A DNA stretch of 64,000 bases from an uncultured Gemmataceae bacterium. GTDB lineage: Bacteria > Planctomycetota > Planctomycetia > Gemmatales > Gemmataceae. This document shows positions 9,976-20,621 of the stretch, one piece after another. A model generated the notes under the pieces. It made no database searches. It was not told the DNA's origin and saw nothing but the letters and a program-made list of their open reading frames with translations. Where the stretch lies: positions 1,472,001 to 1,536,000 of the forward strand of contig CAVVPN010000011.1 of the NCBI GenBank assembly GCA_963750165.1, given 5' to 3'. A program made the translations under genes and the position numbers. How positions within the stretch are numbered: position 1 is the first letter of the stretch; each line of letters begins with the position of its first letter.

Positions 9976-10479
9976 ATGAAAACCTCCCTGATCCTCCTCG
10001 CCGTCCTGGCCGTTTATGCGACCGCGCCCGCGGGCCAACCGGGCCCGTTCAAGGTCACCACGAAGCGCTCCGACGATGCCGTGAAGGTAACCGCGGAGCA
10101 AGCGTTCACGCGGTTCGACATCACCAGCCCGTTCGGCATCAGCCACGCGGTCATCGAGCGGACGGACGCGCGCTGGCCGCAGACGGTGGCGCTGCGGTTG
10201 CGCCTCAAGGGTCTGGAGGGCTTTCGTGCCGCCAACGGCAAGGTCACGCTCCACGCGGCGGGTTCAGGCAAGAAACAGCGACTGTGGAAGGATGGCAAGG
10301 AGAATGCGCCGCTGGACCGCAACAGCCCCTTCTGGATGGAAATCCGCGCCGTTGATAGGAATGGCAAGGTCGTGGATACGCCGGTCAAGGACGGCTATTT
10401 CGAGATGATGCTGCCGCGAGCGTTCTTCGCGGACAACCCGCGGTCGATCACCGTGAACTGGATCGACTTCTATCGATGA
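9976..10479 (+). CDS. Hypothetical secreted protein
   Basis: AAGGAG RBS, ATG at 9976, signal peptide MKTSLILLAVLAVYATAPA, ends WIDFYR. Confidence 0.75.
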   Translation: MKTSLILLAVLAVYATAPAGQPGPFKVTTKRSDDAVKVTAEQAFTRFDITSPFGISHAVIERTDARWPQTVALRLRLKGLEGFRAANGKVTLHAAGSGKKQRLWKDGKENAPLDRNSPFWMEIRAVDRNGKVVDTPVKDGYFEMMLPRAFFADNPRSITVNWIDFYR

Positions 10480-10483
10480 ACAG

Positions 10484-10548
10484 AACTGCCAGGACGCCAG
10501 GACGCCAAGGAAGACAGAAGAAGTGTTTATTTTTTCCTGTCTTCCTTG
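10484..10548. repeat. Palindromic 9-mer-microrepeat element, related to 11767-11848
   Basis: gccaggac/gccaaggaagacag units; inverted repeat caaggaagacag / ctgtcttccttg. Confidence 0.6.
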
Positions 10549-11021
10549 ACAGACCGGCAACAGCGCCTTACAATCTCTTCCATCCTCGCGGTGCCCGCCA
10601 GAGGACTTCTTCCATAATGAACGAATGCTTTTCTCCCCTCCAAAGGCAGTAATGCCTCGGCGAGTTTGACTCCGTGTTTGCGCATCCCCCTCAAAACAGT
10701 TGAGTGAACACGGTAGCGCTTTCGCCGCTTCAGGATTTTCGACGAACGTTCTGCTCCTTCCCCCACTGTCGTAACCACAACGATGTGGTTGGAGTAGCGC
10801 TGCGTACAGACTCAAGCGCCTGGCCAGTGTGCGGTAGTGCCTCACCGATGATCGCACTCGCCCCCTGACCTCGTTCGCGGAGGAAGTTGTTCCGCGAACC
10901 GTGGTTTCTCGTTGCCTTCGCCCCAGAGCTAGTTCGCCTGCAACCCGAATTGTCGTGCCGCTGCGTTGCGCGATCGCAACCAGCCGATTTCGCAGAACCC
11001 ATGAGTTGAAGAGGAGAGTTG

Positions 11022-11762
11022 ATGCGCCGGTTCATTTATTCAGCCCTGGCCGCCGCGGCGTTCCTCGCGGTGGTCGCGCCCGCAGCGCGGGCCGGTTACA
11101 TGGTGACCTTTGAGGCCGCTGGGGTTCAATCTTCCCTGGCCCAGAATATCAGCACGGAGAATTTCAACGAATTCTCAGCAGGAACTTACGGTAGTCTCAA
11201 TCTCCAGTTTGGCACCGGCACCACCCAGGCGGTCGCCACCAACGTGCACATCCAGAACGCGAACGAGTTCGGTGGGGCCGGCGGCACCAGCACGTTTTTC
11301 TCGCCTCAGAACACCAACGGCACCTCGAGCCTTTCGGTGGTGACACTGACCACTGCCCAATCCTATTTCGGGTTCTGGTGGTCTGCCGCGGACGCCTCGA
11401 ACGAGATCGATTTCTACTCCGGCGGGGTGGGCGGGACGCTCGTGGCGATGTTCGACCCGGGTCCCGCGCTCGCCTCTCTGACCGCGAGCGGCTACTTTGG
11501 GAACCCCAATTCGGACTTCCTGGGCCAGGACGGCGGTGAGAAGTTCGCCTACATGAACGTCTACGGCACCAATGGGATCACGTTCGACACCATCGTGTTC
11601 CACAGTAATCTCTTCGAGTCGGACAACTTCAGTATTTCCACCAACCCGGGCCAGACATCCGGCACGCCGGTCGGCACCCCCGAGCCCGCGTCGCTGGTCC
11701 TGTTCGGCATCTCCGCCGCGGCCTGCTTCGGCTACCGCTGGCGCCGCCGCAAGACCGTGTGA
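11022..11762 (+). CDS. PEP-CTERM (exosortase target) surface protein, Npun_F0296-like
   Basis: Signal peptide, YFGFWWSAADASN, YFGNPN and FESDN motifs, C-terminal TPEPASLVLFGISAAACFGYRWRRRK. Confidence 0.9.
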   Translation: MRRFIYSALAAAAFLAVVAPAARAGYMVTFEAAGVQSSLAQNISTENFNEFSAGTYGSLNLQFGTGTTQAVATNVHIQNANEFGGAGGTSTFFSPQNTNGTSSLSVVTLTTAQSYFGFWWSAADASNEIDFYSGGVGGTLVAMFDPGPALASLTASGYFGNPNSDFLGQDGGEKFAYMNVYGTNGITFDTIVFHSNLFESDNFSISTNPGQTSGTPVGTPEPASLVLFGISAAACFGYRWRRRKTV

Positions 11763-11766
11763 GCAA

Positions 11767-11848
11767 AACCGCCAAGGCGCCATAACGCCAAGGAAGACAG
11801 AAAAAGAATTAAAACACTTTTTCAGTCTTCCTTGGCGTTATGACGGTT
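11767..11848. repeat. Palindromic element between convergent genes; possible terminator
   Basis: 18-bp inverted repeat cataacgccaaggaagac (11781-11798) / 11825-11842; shares acgccaaggaagacagaa with 10502-10519. Confidence 0.6.
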
Positions 11849-11855
11849 CTGCTTT

Positions 11856-13127
11856 TCAATCCTCCAGACGGAACAGTTTGCCCAGCGCCTCCAGCAGCGT
11901 GTGACGGCCGCCCTCGGGCGCTTCCTTCGCCAGCGCCGAGATCGGCCCGTGCAGGAACTGGTTCTGCAACAACTGAAACGCCCCCTCGATCTCCTCCCGA
12001 TCCGCGTGCGTCAGTTTGCCGTTCAACCGCGCCAGCAGCCGGTTGACAATCGCCGCACGCTTCGCCTCGAAGTCGCGCGTCAGCCGCGCAATCACCGGGC
12101 CGTTGCGCCGCCGCGTCCAGTCGCTCAGGAAGCGGCGCACCTCCTGCTCGATGATGGCCTCCGCCGGCGCCACGTGCTTGAGCCGGTCGCGCAGCGTCTG
12201 CTCGCGGATGCGCTTCAGGTCGTCGATGTTGAACAGACAGGTGCGGTCGCCGTCGTGGATGCGCGGATCGAAGTCGCGCGGCACCGCGATGTCCAGGATC
12301 ACCACTCGCCCCGCCGTCCGCTGCGCCAGCACCTTGTCGTAACGCCGCCGCGGCATGATCGGTTCCGGCGCTCCCGTCGTGCTCAGCACGATGTCTGCCT
12401 TCGCCAGCGCGTCGTCCAGGTCGTCCCAGGCGATGGCCTGACCGCCGCAGCCCTGCGCCACCTGCTGCGCCTTCTCCGGGCTGCGGTTGGCCACCCAGAT
12501 GCGCTGCGGCCGCAGTCCCTTCAGGTGTTTCAACGTTAGCTCGCCCATCTTGCCGGCGCCGATCACCAGCACCGTCTTGTCGTCGAAGTGCTCGAACACC
12601 TGGCGGACGTACTCGACCGCAGCGCTCGACACTGAGACACGACCGCGGGCGATGCCGGTCTCGGTGCGGACACGCTTGGCGGTGCGCTGGGCCCACTGGA
12701 ACAGCGGATGCAGCACCACGCCGGCCGCGGCGTGCTTGTGGGCCAGCTCGTACGCTTGCCGGACCTGACCGGCGACCTGGCCCTCGCCGATAATCAGGCT
12801 GTCCAGGCTCGCGGTCACGCGGAACAGGTGGCGGACGGCGTCGTCCTGACGGTGTTCATAGAGGTGCGGCCGCACGTCCTCGATCCGCAGGCTGTGGAAC
12901 TCGGCGAGGAACTCGGCAATCAACTCGGCATCCGGGGCGACGCGCACGTCGCTGCGAGCCAGGTACAGCTCAACGCGGTTGCAGGTGCTCAGGATGACCG
13001 CCTCGCAGCCGTAGCGGACGCCGAGCTGTTCGAGGGCGGCCGGCAACTTCTCCGCGGCGAACGCCAGGCGCTCGCGCACCGCCACGGGGGCGGACTTGAA
13101 GTTACAGCCGATGGCCAGGAGTAGCAT
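11856..13127 (-). CDS. hemA: Glutamyl-tRNA reductase
   Basis: ILSTCNRVELY, HLFRVTASLDSLIIGEGQV, VRTETGI, VIGAGKMG and DIAVPRD motifs. Confidence 0.96.
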   Translation of the reverse strand: MLLLAIGCNFKSAPVAVRERLAFAAEKLPAALEQLGVRYGCEAVILSTCNRVELYLARSDVRVAPDAELIAEFLAEFHSLRIEDVRPHLYEHRQDDAVRHLFRVTASLDSLIIGEGQVAGQVRQAYELAHKHAAAGVVLHPLFQWAQRTAKRVRTETGIARGRVSVSSAAVEYVRQVFEHFDDKTVLVIGAGKMGELTLKHLKGLRPQRIWVANRSPEKAQQVAQGCGGQAIAWDDLDDALAKADIVLSTTGAPEPIMPRRRYDKVLAQRTAGRVVILDIAVPRDFDPRIHDGDRTCLFNIDDLKRIREQTLRDRLKHVAPAEAIIEQEVRRFLSDWTRRRNGPVIARLTRDFEAKRAAIVNRLLARLNGKLTHADREEIEGAFQLLQNQFLHGPISALAKEAPEGGRHTLLEALGKLFRLED

Positions 13128-13137
13128 CAGCGGCCCC

Positions 13138-13950
13138 CTACGGCACGAACGCATGAGCGGACACCAGCGCGAACAGCGTCAGCGCGAACGCCACGATGGT
13201 CAGCAGCGCCAGCTGCCGGCCGCCCGCGTGGGCGGCGTAGCGCAGGTACAGCAGGATGGCGAACACCAGCCACAGCGCCACGGTGCTGAAGATTTTCAGG
13301 CTATCCCACGCAGCCAGGTTCTGGTGCAGCAGCAGCACGACGCCGAGCAGCAGGCCGGCGCTCAGCAGCGGAAACGTCAGCAGCACGGCATGACGGTTCA
13401 TGGTCTCCAGGCGTTCGAGGCTGAGCAGTTTCAAACCGCGGCCGGGCGGCAGCTTGGCTCGCAGACGGCGCACCTGCACCAGGTACATGACGCTGGCCAC
13501 GAAGCCGACGCAGACGCCGACCGCCGCCAGCAGCAGCAGACCGCCATGTACCGCCGGCCAGAACTGCCGGGCGTCGAACGTCTGCCAACCGGTGTCGGCG
13601 GTCGGGCGCGTGTCCGCGCACGGCGCCAGCTTGGTCAGCACCGCCAGGCCGGTCACCACCGGCAGCACGAACAACCCCCAGGCCACGCGCGGATGGTGGA
13701 TCGAACCATACAGGTAGAAGATCGCCAGCACCCACGCCAGCACGGCCAGCGAACCGAATGGCGTCATGACCACGCCGGGGTTCAGGGCCAGGAAGACCGT
13801 GTTCGCGACCCAGCCGGCGCCGGCGACAACCTGGGCCAGCAGTCGCTGCACGGGCCGCGGCCGCAACAGGTGCCAGCACTCCAGCGCCAGCGCCAGGCTG
13901 TAGCTGTAGACGAAGCAGTTCTCGGTAATGCCGGCCAGGATGGCGTACAT
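13138..13950 (-). CDS. ccsA: Cytochrome c assembly protein (CcsA/HemX-like membrane protein)
   Basis: About 8 hydrophobic segments with AVHG, MYLVQ..RLRAK, LERLE and WDSLK motifs; directly upstream of hemA. Confidence 0.8.
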   Translation of the reverse strand: MYAILAGITENCFVYSYSLALALECWHLLRPRPVQRLLAQVVAGAGWVANTVFLALNPGVVMTPFGSLAVLAWVLAIFYLYGSIHHPRVAWGLFVLPVVTGLAVLTKLAPCADTRPTADTGWQTFDARQFWPAVHGGLLLLAAVGVCVGFVASVMYLVQVRRLRAKLPPGRGLKLLSLERLETMNRHAVLLTFPLLSAGLLLGVVLLLHQNLAAWDSLKIFSTVALWLVFAILLYLRYAAHAGGRQLALLTIVAFALTLFALVSAHAFVP

Positions 13951-14016
13951 GGTGTGAATTATATAGGTCGGTCAGCAGTTCCAGCCAGCGGGCGAAGGCG
14001 TCATCTCATAAAGAGC

Positions 14017-14502
14017 CCGGCAGGGGGTGTCCAGATCGTAGTACCGCCTTTAGAGCGGTTCACAGCCGCGTGGATCACGCCCCGTAGGACGGCTCTCCAG
14101 AGCCGTCTCCGAGACAAGGACGGCTCTGGAGAGCCGTCCCACGACTTGTAGTCCACGCGACTGGGAACCGCTCTAGCGCGGTTCGCAGTCGCGTGGCCCA
14201 CAAACGGCAGGCCGGCGCTGCCAGGCGCCGCATCTCGACGTATGAAAAAGTTGGCGTTCTTGGCGTTCTTGGCGTCCTTGCTGTGGCAACCGCCGCCGTT
14301 GGTTGTCGCGCCATGCCACTCCCACGGTGCCAGGGCGCCGATTCTCGACGTGTGAAAAAGTTGGCCCCCTTGGCCCCCTTGGCCCCCTTGCTGTGGCAAT
14401 GCAGGCCCCCTGCCGGTCAAGCTGTGCCCGCCGTCCCACCCCGCGCGATCCGCGTGCGAACTGCTCTAAAGGCGGTACTACGAACCGGACACCCACTGCC
14501 GG
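14017..14502. mobile_element. Nested repeat complex: 36-bp outer inverted arms enclosing two abutting TA-delimited MITE-like elements (14051-14175 and 14174-14468)
   Basis: Outer arms 14017-14052 and 14467-14502. Element A has 24-bp TIRs tagagcggttcMcagYcgcgtgga and an internal gtaggacggctctccagagccgtc doublet. Element B is the second copy of 3641-3928. Confidence 0.8.
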
Positions 14503-14566
14503 ATTGTGCATCAGAGAGTGTCAGCGCGCAAGCCGCAAGCGGCGGTCCCGACAGGTTGAAGCGCCA

Positions 14567-15658
<1,092 letters not shown>

Positions 15659-15673
15659 TCCTGAGCTTGGTCC

Positions 15674-16606
15674 TCACGTGGCCGGCGGCCGGATGCCCTT
15701 CTGGGCGAGCAGGTGCGCCAGGTAATCAACCGACAGCCGCGGGTCGTCGAGCAGCAGGCTGAACATCTCCGTGCGCACGTAATCCTGCAGGTCGTCGCCG
15801 GTCCAGCCCTGCTCCAGCAGCCGCTTGCCGATGAACTCCAGGCACTCCTCGCGCAGGTGATCGGTGCGCCGCGACACGGTGCCCTCGTGGACTTGCAGCA
15901 GCGCCGCCACCTCGCGCTGACTCAGGTTGTAGCGCAGCCGCAGGCCGAGGATGAGCAGTTCGTTGTCCTTGAGCGTCGTCAGGTAGTCGCGCGCGACCTG
16001 ACAAAACGCCTCGTGCCAGCGGCCGTCGCCGGACGTGGGCAGCGGCAGCGACAGGTCGTCCTCCGGCAGCGCCAGCACGCCCCCCCGGCGGCGCAACTGC
16101 GAGATGTGCCAGTTCTGAAAGACGCGAATCAGCCACGGCACCAGCGGCCGTTCACCGTCGAAGCGGGCCAGCACCGGCGTGCCGCTCGGCCCCTCCGGCA
16201 CGTACAGGTGGCTCCAGAACTCGGTGACGGCGCTGTCCTGGCGCTCCTCGTCGCGCGGGTAGAGACGGGCGGCGCAGGCGCGGAGGGCATCCACGAGCAG
16301 ACAGTCACTGCGGCCGGCGCGGGCGGCGAACAGATACTCCCACGCCCGGCCGTCGCCCTCCAGGCACGCGGAGGCGACATACCAGTCCAGCGGGTGCAAG
16401 TTGTCGAGGTACTTCGGCCAGGAGGCGTCACCGTTGGCCTTGGCGGCGTAGACCTCGTAAGTGCGGCGCAGGTGGTGTTCGCAGCGCGGCGCGGGCAGCA
16501 CCACAACCGGCAGCTGTAGCCGGCAAAAGTGGTAGAGCAGGTGCGCATGGCGGCCGAGGTCGCCGTTGTGCGGCGCGGCGGCGGGGGCTTGCACTTCTTC
16601 GGCCAT
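15674..16606 (-). CDS. Sigma-70 family (ECF-like) factor with N-terminal extension
   Basis: LHPLDWYVASACLEGDGRAW, LARFDGERPLVPWL (sigma2-like) and LSQREVAALLQVHEGTVSR (sigma4 HTH). Confidence 0.7.
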   Translation of the reverse strand: MAEEVQAPAAAPHNGDLGRHAHLLYHFCRLQLPVVVLPAPRCEHHLRRTYEVYAAKANGDASWPKYLDNLHPLDWYVASACLEGDGRAWEYLFAARAGRSDCLLVDALRACAARLYPRDEERQDSAVTEFWSHLYVPEGPSGTPVLARFDGERPLVPWLIRVFQNWHISQLRRRGGVLALPEDDLSLPLPTSGDGRWHEAFCQVARDYLTTLKDNELLILGLRLRYNLSQREVAALLQVHEGTVSRRTDHLREECLEFIGKRLLEQGWTGDDLQDYVRTEMFSLLLDDPRLSVDYLAHLLAQKGIRPPAT

Positions 16607-16692
16607 GGGCACACGCGCTCCTTGTCCACGAGACGGCCCGGCGGCGAACACGCTCCATTATAGCGGAGCCGTGGCCGGATGAGGAACCGCCG

Positions 16693-17148
16693 TCACGGCC
16701 GTGGCGTGCGCCGCCAGCCGTCGCGCCGCTCCATTGGCACAACCCGCACCGTCTTTCCAGGCCCCGCCTCCAGGCGATAGGTGAGCGTATTGCTGACGGC
16801 CACGAACTGACCCTTCTGCCCACTGCCCTTGAAGCTGGGGTAGAACACCTCCAGCACGACGGCGTAGGTGCCGGGTTCCTTGTGCGGCAGCGTCAGCGTC
16901 GGCTGGGCGCGGGCGTCGATGGTCGTCAACTCCTTGCCGTCCTTGAGGAAGTGATACTGCAACCGAAAGCCGGGGTCGTCCTTTACATCGCTGCGGCGGA
17001 GCTGCTTGCCGTCGAGCTTCAGCGTCGCCAGCGGCTGGACGTGCTTGTAGACGCCGAGCTTGTACGTCGGCTGGGCACGGGCGGCGGCGGGCAGGACAAC
17101 GAGCAGCACGGCGGGCAGGAGGAAGCGGGCGGTGCGTGAGGTCGTCAT
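16693..17148 (-). CDS. Hypothetical secreted protein
   Basis: GGAG RBS, signal peptide ending AAARA-Q, beta-rich mature part. Confidence 0.7.
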   Translation of the reverse strand: MTTSRTARFLLPAVLLVVLPAAARAQPTYKLGVYKHVQPLATLKLDGKQLRRSDVKDDPGFRLQYHFLKDGKELTTIDARAQPTLTLPHKEPGTYAVVLEVFYPSFKGSGQKGQFVAVSNTLTYRLEAGPGKTVRVVPMERRDGWRRTPRP

Positions 17149-17214
17149 GGTTGGCGACTCCGGTCGGGTGGGTGGTTTGGGGCGAAGGTGATTGTACCAG
17201 CCCGCCGGAACCGG

Positions 17215-18828
17215 TCAGCGCCGGTAGCGCGCTCGGGCCAGGTGGTCCTTGACCGACAGTTCGTCGATCTTGCGCTTCGGTTCGTCGTCGTTCGGCGTCA
17301 GTTTGCGGACCTGCTCCCACAACGGGATGGCGCGCTTCCAGTCCTTGCGCTGCTCGAGCAGATTCGCCAGCGCCCGCAGCAGTGCGACGCTGTTCGGCGC
17401 CTGTTCGCGGCCCTGCTCCAGCAGCCACACCGCCAGGTCCGAGACGCCCAGCGCCGTCGCCGCCTCGGCCATGTCGATGTGCGTCTCCGCGTCGGCCGGC
17501 GCCCGGGCCAGCACCTCCTCGCCGTGCTCCAGCACCTTGCGCCAGTCCGCGCTCGCCTTCGCCGCCCGCAGTTTCGCCTTCAGCGCCAGCACGTTCAGCG
17601 AACCCAGCCAGCGGCCCAGCACGTTGCCGGACACCTTGCCGTTCAGGTCGCGCAGCGTCTTGCGATAACCCTGCGTGAACGGGTCCAGGTTCAGGCAGTT
17701 CGTCAGCAACTGGCGCACATAGTCCTCGCCGCCGCCCTCGTCGATCACCTGCACCGCGCGCTCGTAAAACGCCCCCGCCGCCTTCACCTGCTCCGGCGTC
17801 ACCCCCGGCCCGCCGCCCAGCATCGGCACCGGCTCCGGGTCCGGCTCCGGCCTGGCCGCCGGCTTCGCCTTCTTGCGCCGCGGCTTCCGCGGCACGGCTT
17901 CCGTTTCGCCGGAGGACGGCGGCGGTGAGAAGTCGGCCGCCCGCGTCGGCCGGGCCGCCGCTTCCGCGGACGCCTCGGCGATGAGCACCTTCAGCTCGGC
18001 CACCAGTTCGGCCGGCGTGGCGTAACGGTCGTCCGGATCCTTGGCCAGCATCTTTTGCAGGATGTCCCAGAACGCCGCCGACACCGCCGCGTTGAAGTCG
18101 CGCACGTCCGGCGGCGCCGCCTCCATGTGCTTGTAGACGCGCTCGCCCAGGCCGCCCTCGGCGAACGGCGGCTTGCCGGCCAGCATGTGGTAGGCAGTGC
18201 AGCCCAGCGAATAAATGTCGCTGCGGACATCGGTGCCGCGGCTGTCGCGGGCCTGCTCCGGCGACATGTAATCGACTGTGCCGACCGTGCTGCCCTCGCG
18301 CGTCACCTTGAACTCGTCGTCGTCGTGGCCCAGCGCCAGCCCCAGGTCGGTCAGCTTGACGATCACCTGGCCGCCGCCGCGCGCCATCAGGAAGTTGGAC
18401 GGCTTGATGTCGCGGTGGATGACGCCCATCTGGTGGGCGTGGTCGAGCGCACGGGCGGCCTGGAAGAGAATGCGCCGGGCCTTCTCGGGCGGCAGCTGGC
18501 CCTTGCGCTGGATGTATCGGCCCAGGTCGATGCCGTCCACGTATTCCATCGCGAGGTAGTACAGTTCGTGCTCGGCGTCGTGGCCGAATTCGTAGAGGGT
18601 GACGATGTGCGGATGGCTGAGGCGGGCGGCGTGGCGGGCCTCACGGCGGAAGCGCTCCAGCAGGTTCGGCTGCCGCGCCAGCTGGGCCGGCAGCACCTTC
18701 AGTGCGACGGTGCGGCCCAGCCCCGCGTCCACGGCGCGGTACACGGTGCCCATGCCGCCAACGGCGATGAGACTCTGCACCTCGTACTTGCCGAGGTGCG
18801 TGCCGGGCTGCAGAGGGGTGTTGACCAT
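17215..18828 (-). CDS. Hanks-type Ser/Thr protein kinase with C-terminal TPR-like region
   Basis: GGMGTVY, VALK, HRDIKPSN, DLG, GTVDYMSPEQ and SDIYSLG motifs. Confidence 0.95.
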   Translation of the reverse strand: MVNTPLQPGTHLGKYEVQSLIAVGGMGTVYRAVDAGLGRTVALKVLPAQLARQPNLLERFRREARHAARLSHPHIVTLYEFGHDAEHELYYLAMEYVDGIDLGRYIQRKGQLPPEKARRILFQAARALDHAHQMGVIHRDIKPSNFLMARGGGQVIVKLTDLGLALGHDDDEFKVTREGSTVGTVDYMSPEQARDSRGTDVRSDIYSLGCTAYHMLAGKPPFAEGGLGERVYKHMEAAPPDVRDFNAAVSAAFWDILQKMLAKDPDDRYATPAELVAELKVLIAEASAEAAARPTRAADFSPPPSSGETEAVPRKPRRKKAKPAARPEPDPEPVPMLGGGPGVTPEQVKAAGAFYERAVQVIDEGGGEDYVRQLLTNCLNLDPFTQGYRKTLRDLNGKVSGNVLGRWLGSLNVLALKAKLRAAKASADWRKVLEHGEEVLARAPADAETHIDMAEAATALGVSDLAVWLLEQGREQAPNSVALLRALANLLEQRKDWKRAIPLWEQVRKLTPNDDEPKRKIDELSVKDHLARARYRR

Positions 18829-19444
18829 GCGCGGTTCTGTCCGGTGGCGACCGTCAGTGGTGAGCAGCGGCGACAGCACCGGCAAACACCAGGAAAAGAA
18901 AACGCTCCCGGTGAATACAACTCACCTGTTCACCTCAGGAGAATGGGAAGCCTGGGGCGGCCATGCTATTGGGTGCCACTTACCATTATATCACGTCGCA
19001 AAGGGCACGCCAAACCGGTCTGCGAATCAGCTTGTAACTTTGGACGCCTGTTGTATTTTTTGCGCTGTTTTCATCCATGCGACCGGAATCGTGGACAGTT
19101 TTTCGCCCTGAACCAGGGACGCAGGACCAATCACACAATCTTAACAATACGTAAGATTTGATCCCACGTTCCTTTTCTGCTTGAAGATGCGTCCCGCGTT
19201 TTTACTTCCTTTCGAGATACCAGACGTCGGCGCGGTTTTTGCAAAAGAGACCAATGAACGACCCGGCCTGACCGCACGACGGCGCCGGGTCGCGAACTAC
19301 CATCAACGTCCTGAACCGCTTCCCTGACATAGGTTTCCGGCGGCAGCGACATGCGAAGCGGCGGAGCGAGGGTTCCGGATTGCGATCCAGTGGCAGCAAA
19401 CGGGAGTGGCACGGATGGCTTCATTCGCAGCAGGGAGATCGTTT

Positions 19445-19915
19445 GTGAACTGCTCACTGACATCTGCCGTGCTGACCCTGTTCGCCGTCCTGCCGGCGTG
19501 GGCGCAGGACGCCGCTTCCCAAACTGACGCGGCACGCTTGCAGGGCAAGTGGAAGGTCGTGGCCCTGGAGGAGGAAGGCAAAAACGTTCTCAAGGACAAG
19601 GACGAAATCACCGTGGTCTTCAAGGGCGACAAGGCCATTTACGACGAGAAGGGCAAGAAGCCGGATGAGGCCACGTTCAAGGTGAACGCCACCAAGAAGC
19701 CAAAGCACCTCGACCTGGTGCTGCCGCCCAACAAGGCCGACAAGACCGACAAGGGCATGAAAATTCAAGCGATTTACGAGCTGGACGGCGACACGCTGAA
19801 ACTGTGCTACCGCATGCCGCCGCCCACCGCCAAGGACCAAACGCTGACCGAACGGCCGATGGAGTTCGACTCCCGCAAGGGAGGCACGCTCCTGCGGTTG
19901 CAGCGCGTGAAGTAG
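19445..19915 (+). CDS. TIGR03067 (Planctomycete) domain protein 1
   Basis: LQGKWKVV, KKPKHLDL, AIYELDGDTLKLC and RP.EF motifs; GTG after GGGAGA (start uncertain). Confidence 0.85.
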   Translation: MNCSLTSAVLTLFAVLPAWAQDAASQTDAARLQGKWKVVALEEEGKNVLKDKDEITVVFKGDKAIYDEKGKKPDEATFKVNATKKPKHLDLVLPPNKADKTDKGMKIQAIYELDGDTLKLCYRMPPPTAKDQTLTERPMEFDSRKGGTLLRLQRVK

Positions 19916-20000
19916 GCCCGCGAGCGGCGCGGGAAGTTTGGGGTTGCGGGGGGACGGCCTCCCGAACTCAAGGTTCGCCCGTTACCACAGGAGTGAAGAA

Positions 20001-20456
20001 GTGAAGCGGACGGTACTGGCACTGGCGGTGGTGGTCGCAAGTGGGCTGGCGGTTGCAGCAGCAACGCAGGGCGCCGGCAACTCCGAAAAGGTACGATTAC
20101 AGGGCAGCTGGGAGCTGTCAAAGATGAGCATCCAGGGCAAGGAATTCACACTGCCAAGCGGCGCGAAGATGAGTGTCACGTTCCAGGGCAACAAGGTCAT
20201 CGCTCGCCAGAACGGCAAGCCCGACGAGGAGACGACCTACACCCTGGACACGAGCAAGAAGCCGCACGAAATGATCGTCGCCCCCACGTCCAGGGAGAAA
20301 GAGATGAAGGGCATCTTCAAAATCGAGGGCGACACCCTGACGTTCGCCGTCGGCAATGCGCCCGACACGCCGCCGCCCAGCGGCTTCGACGCCCGGGACG
20401 CGATGGTGATGATCTTCAAGCGGGCGGACAAGCGGGCGGAGGGAAACGGAAACTAA
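20001..20456 (+). CDS. TIGR03067 domain protein 2
   Basis: Signal peptide, LQGSWEL, LDTSKKPHEM and GIFKIEGDTLT motifs. Confidence 0.85.
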   Translation: MKRTVLALAVVVASGLAVAAATQGAGNSEKVRLQGSWELSKMSIQGKEFTLPSGAKMSVTFQGNKVIARQNGKPDEETTYTLDTSKKPHEMIVAPTSREKEMKGIFKIEGDTLTFAVGNAPDTPPPSGFDARDAMVMIFKRADKRAEGNGN

Positions 20457-20479
20457 GCATAAGTTTGAGCCTGATAAAC

Positions 20480-20536
20480 GTGGCGGCCAGTTTCCCACTT
20501 GCGGAGAAGATCAGCAAGCGGGAAACTGGCCGCCCC
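20480..20536. repeat. REP-like palindrome
   Basis: ggcggccagtttcccacttgc / gcaagcgggaaactggccgcc inverted pair. Confidence 0.65.
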
Positions 20537-20621
20537 GGCGCCGAGGGTGGTTGTCGGCGGCTCCCTTTTACCCTACCCTGGTAAGTAGTTTTTCGCCCGG
20601 TCCCTGCGGAGGAGCGGTCTC

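Noticed and set aside
10527..11035. Short ORFs in the spacer before the PEP-CTERM gene
   Set aside because: No recognisable motifs or convincing RBS; atypical codon usage
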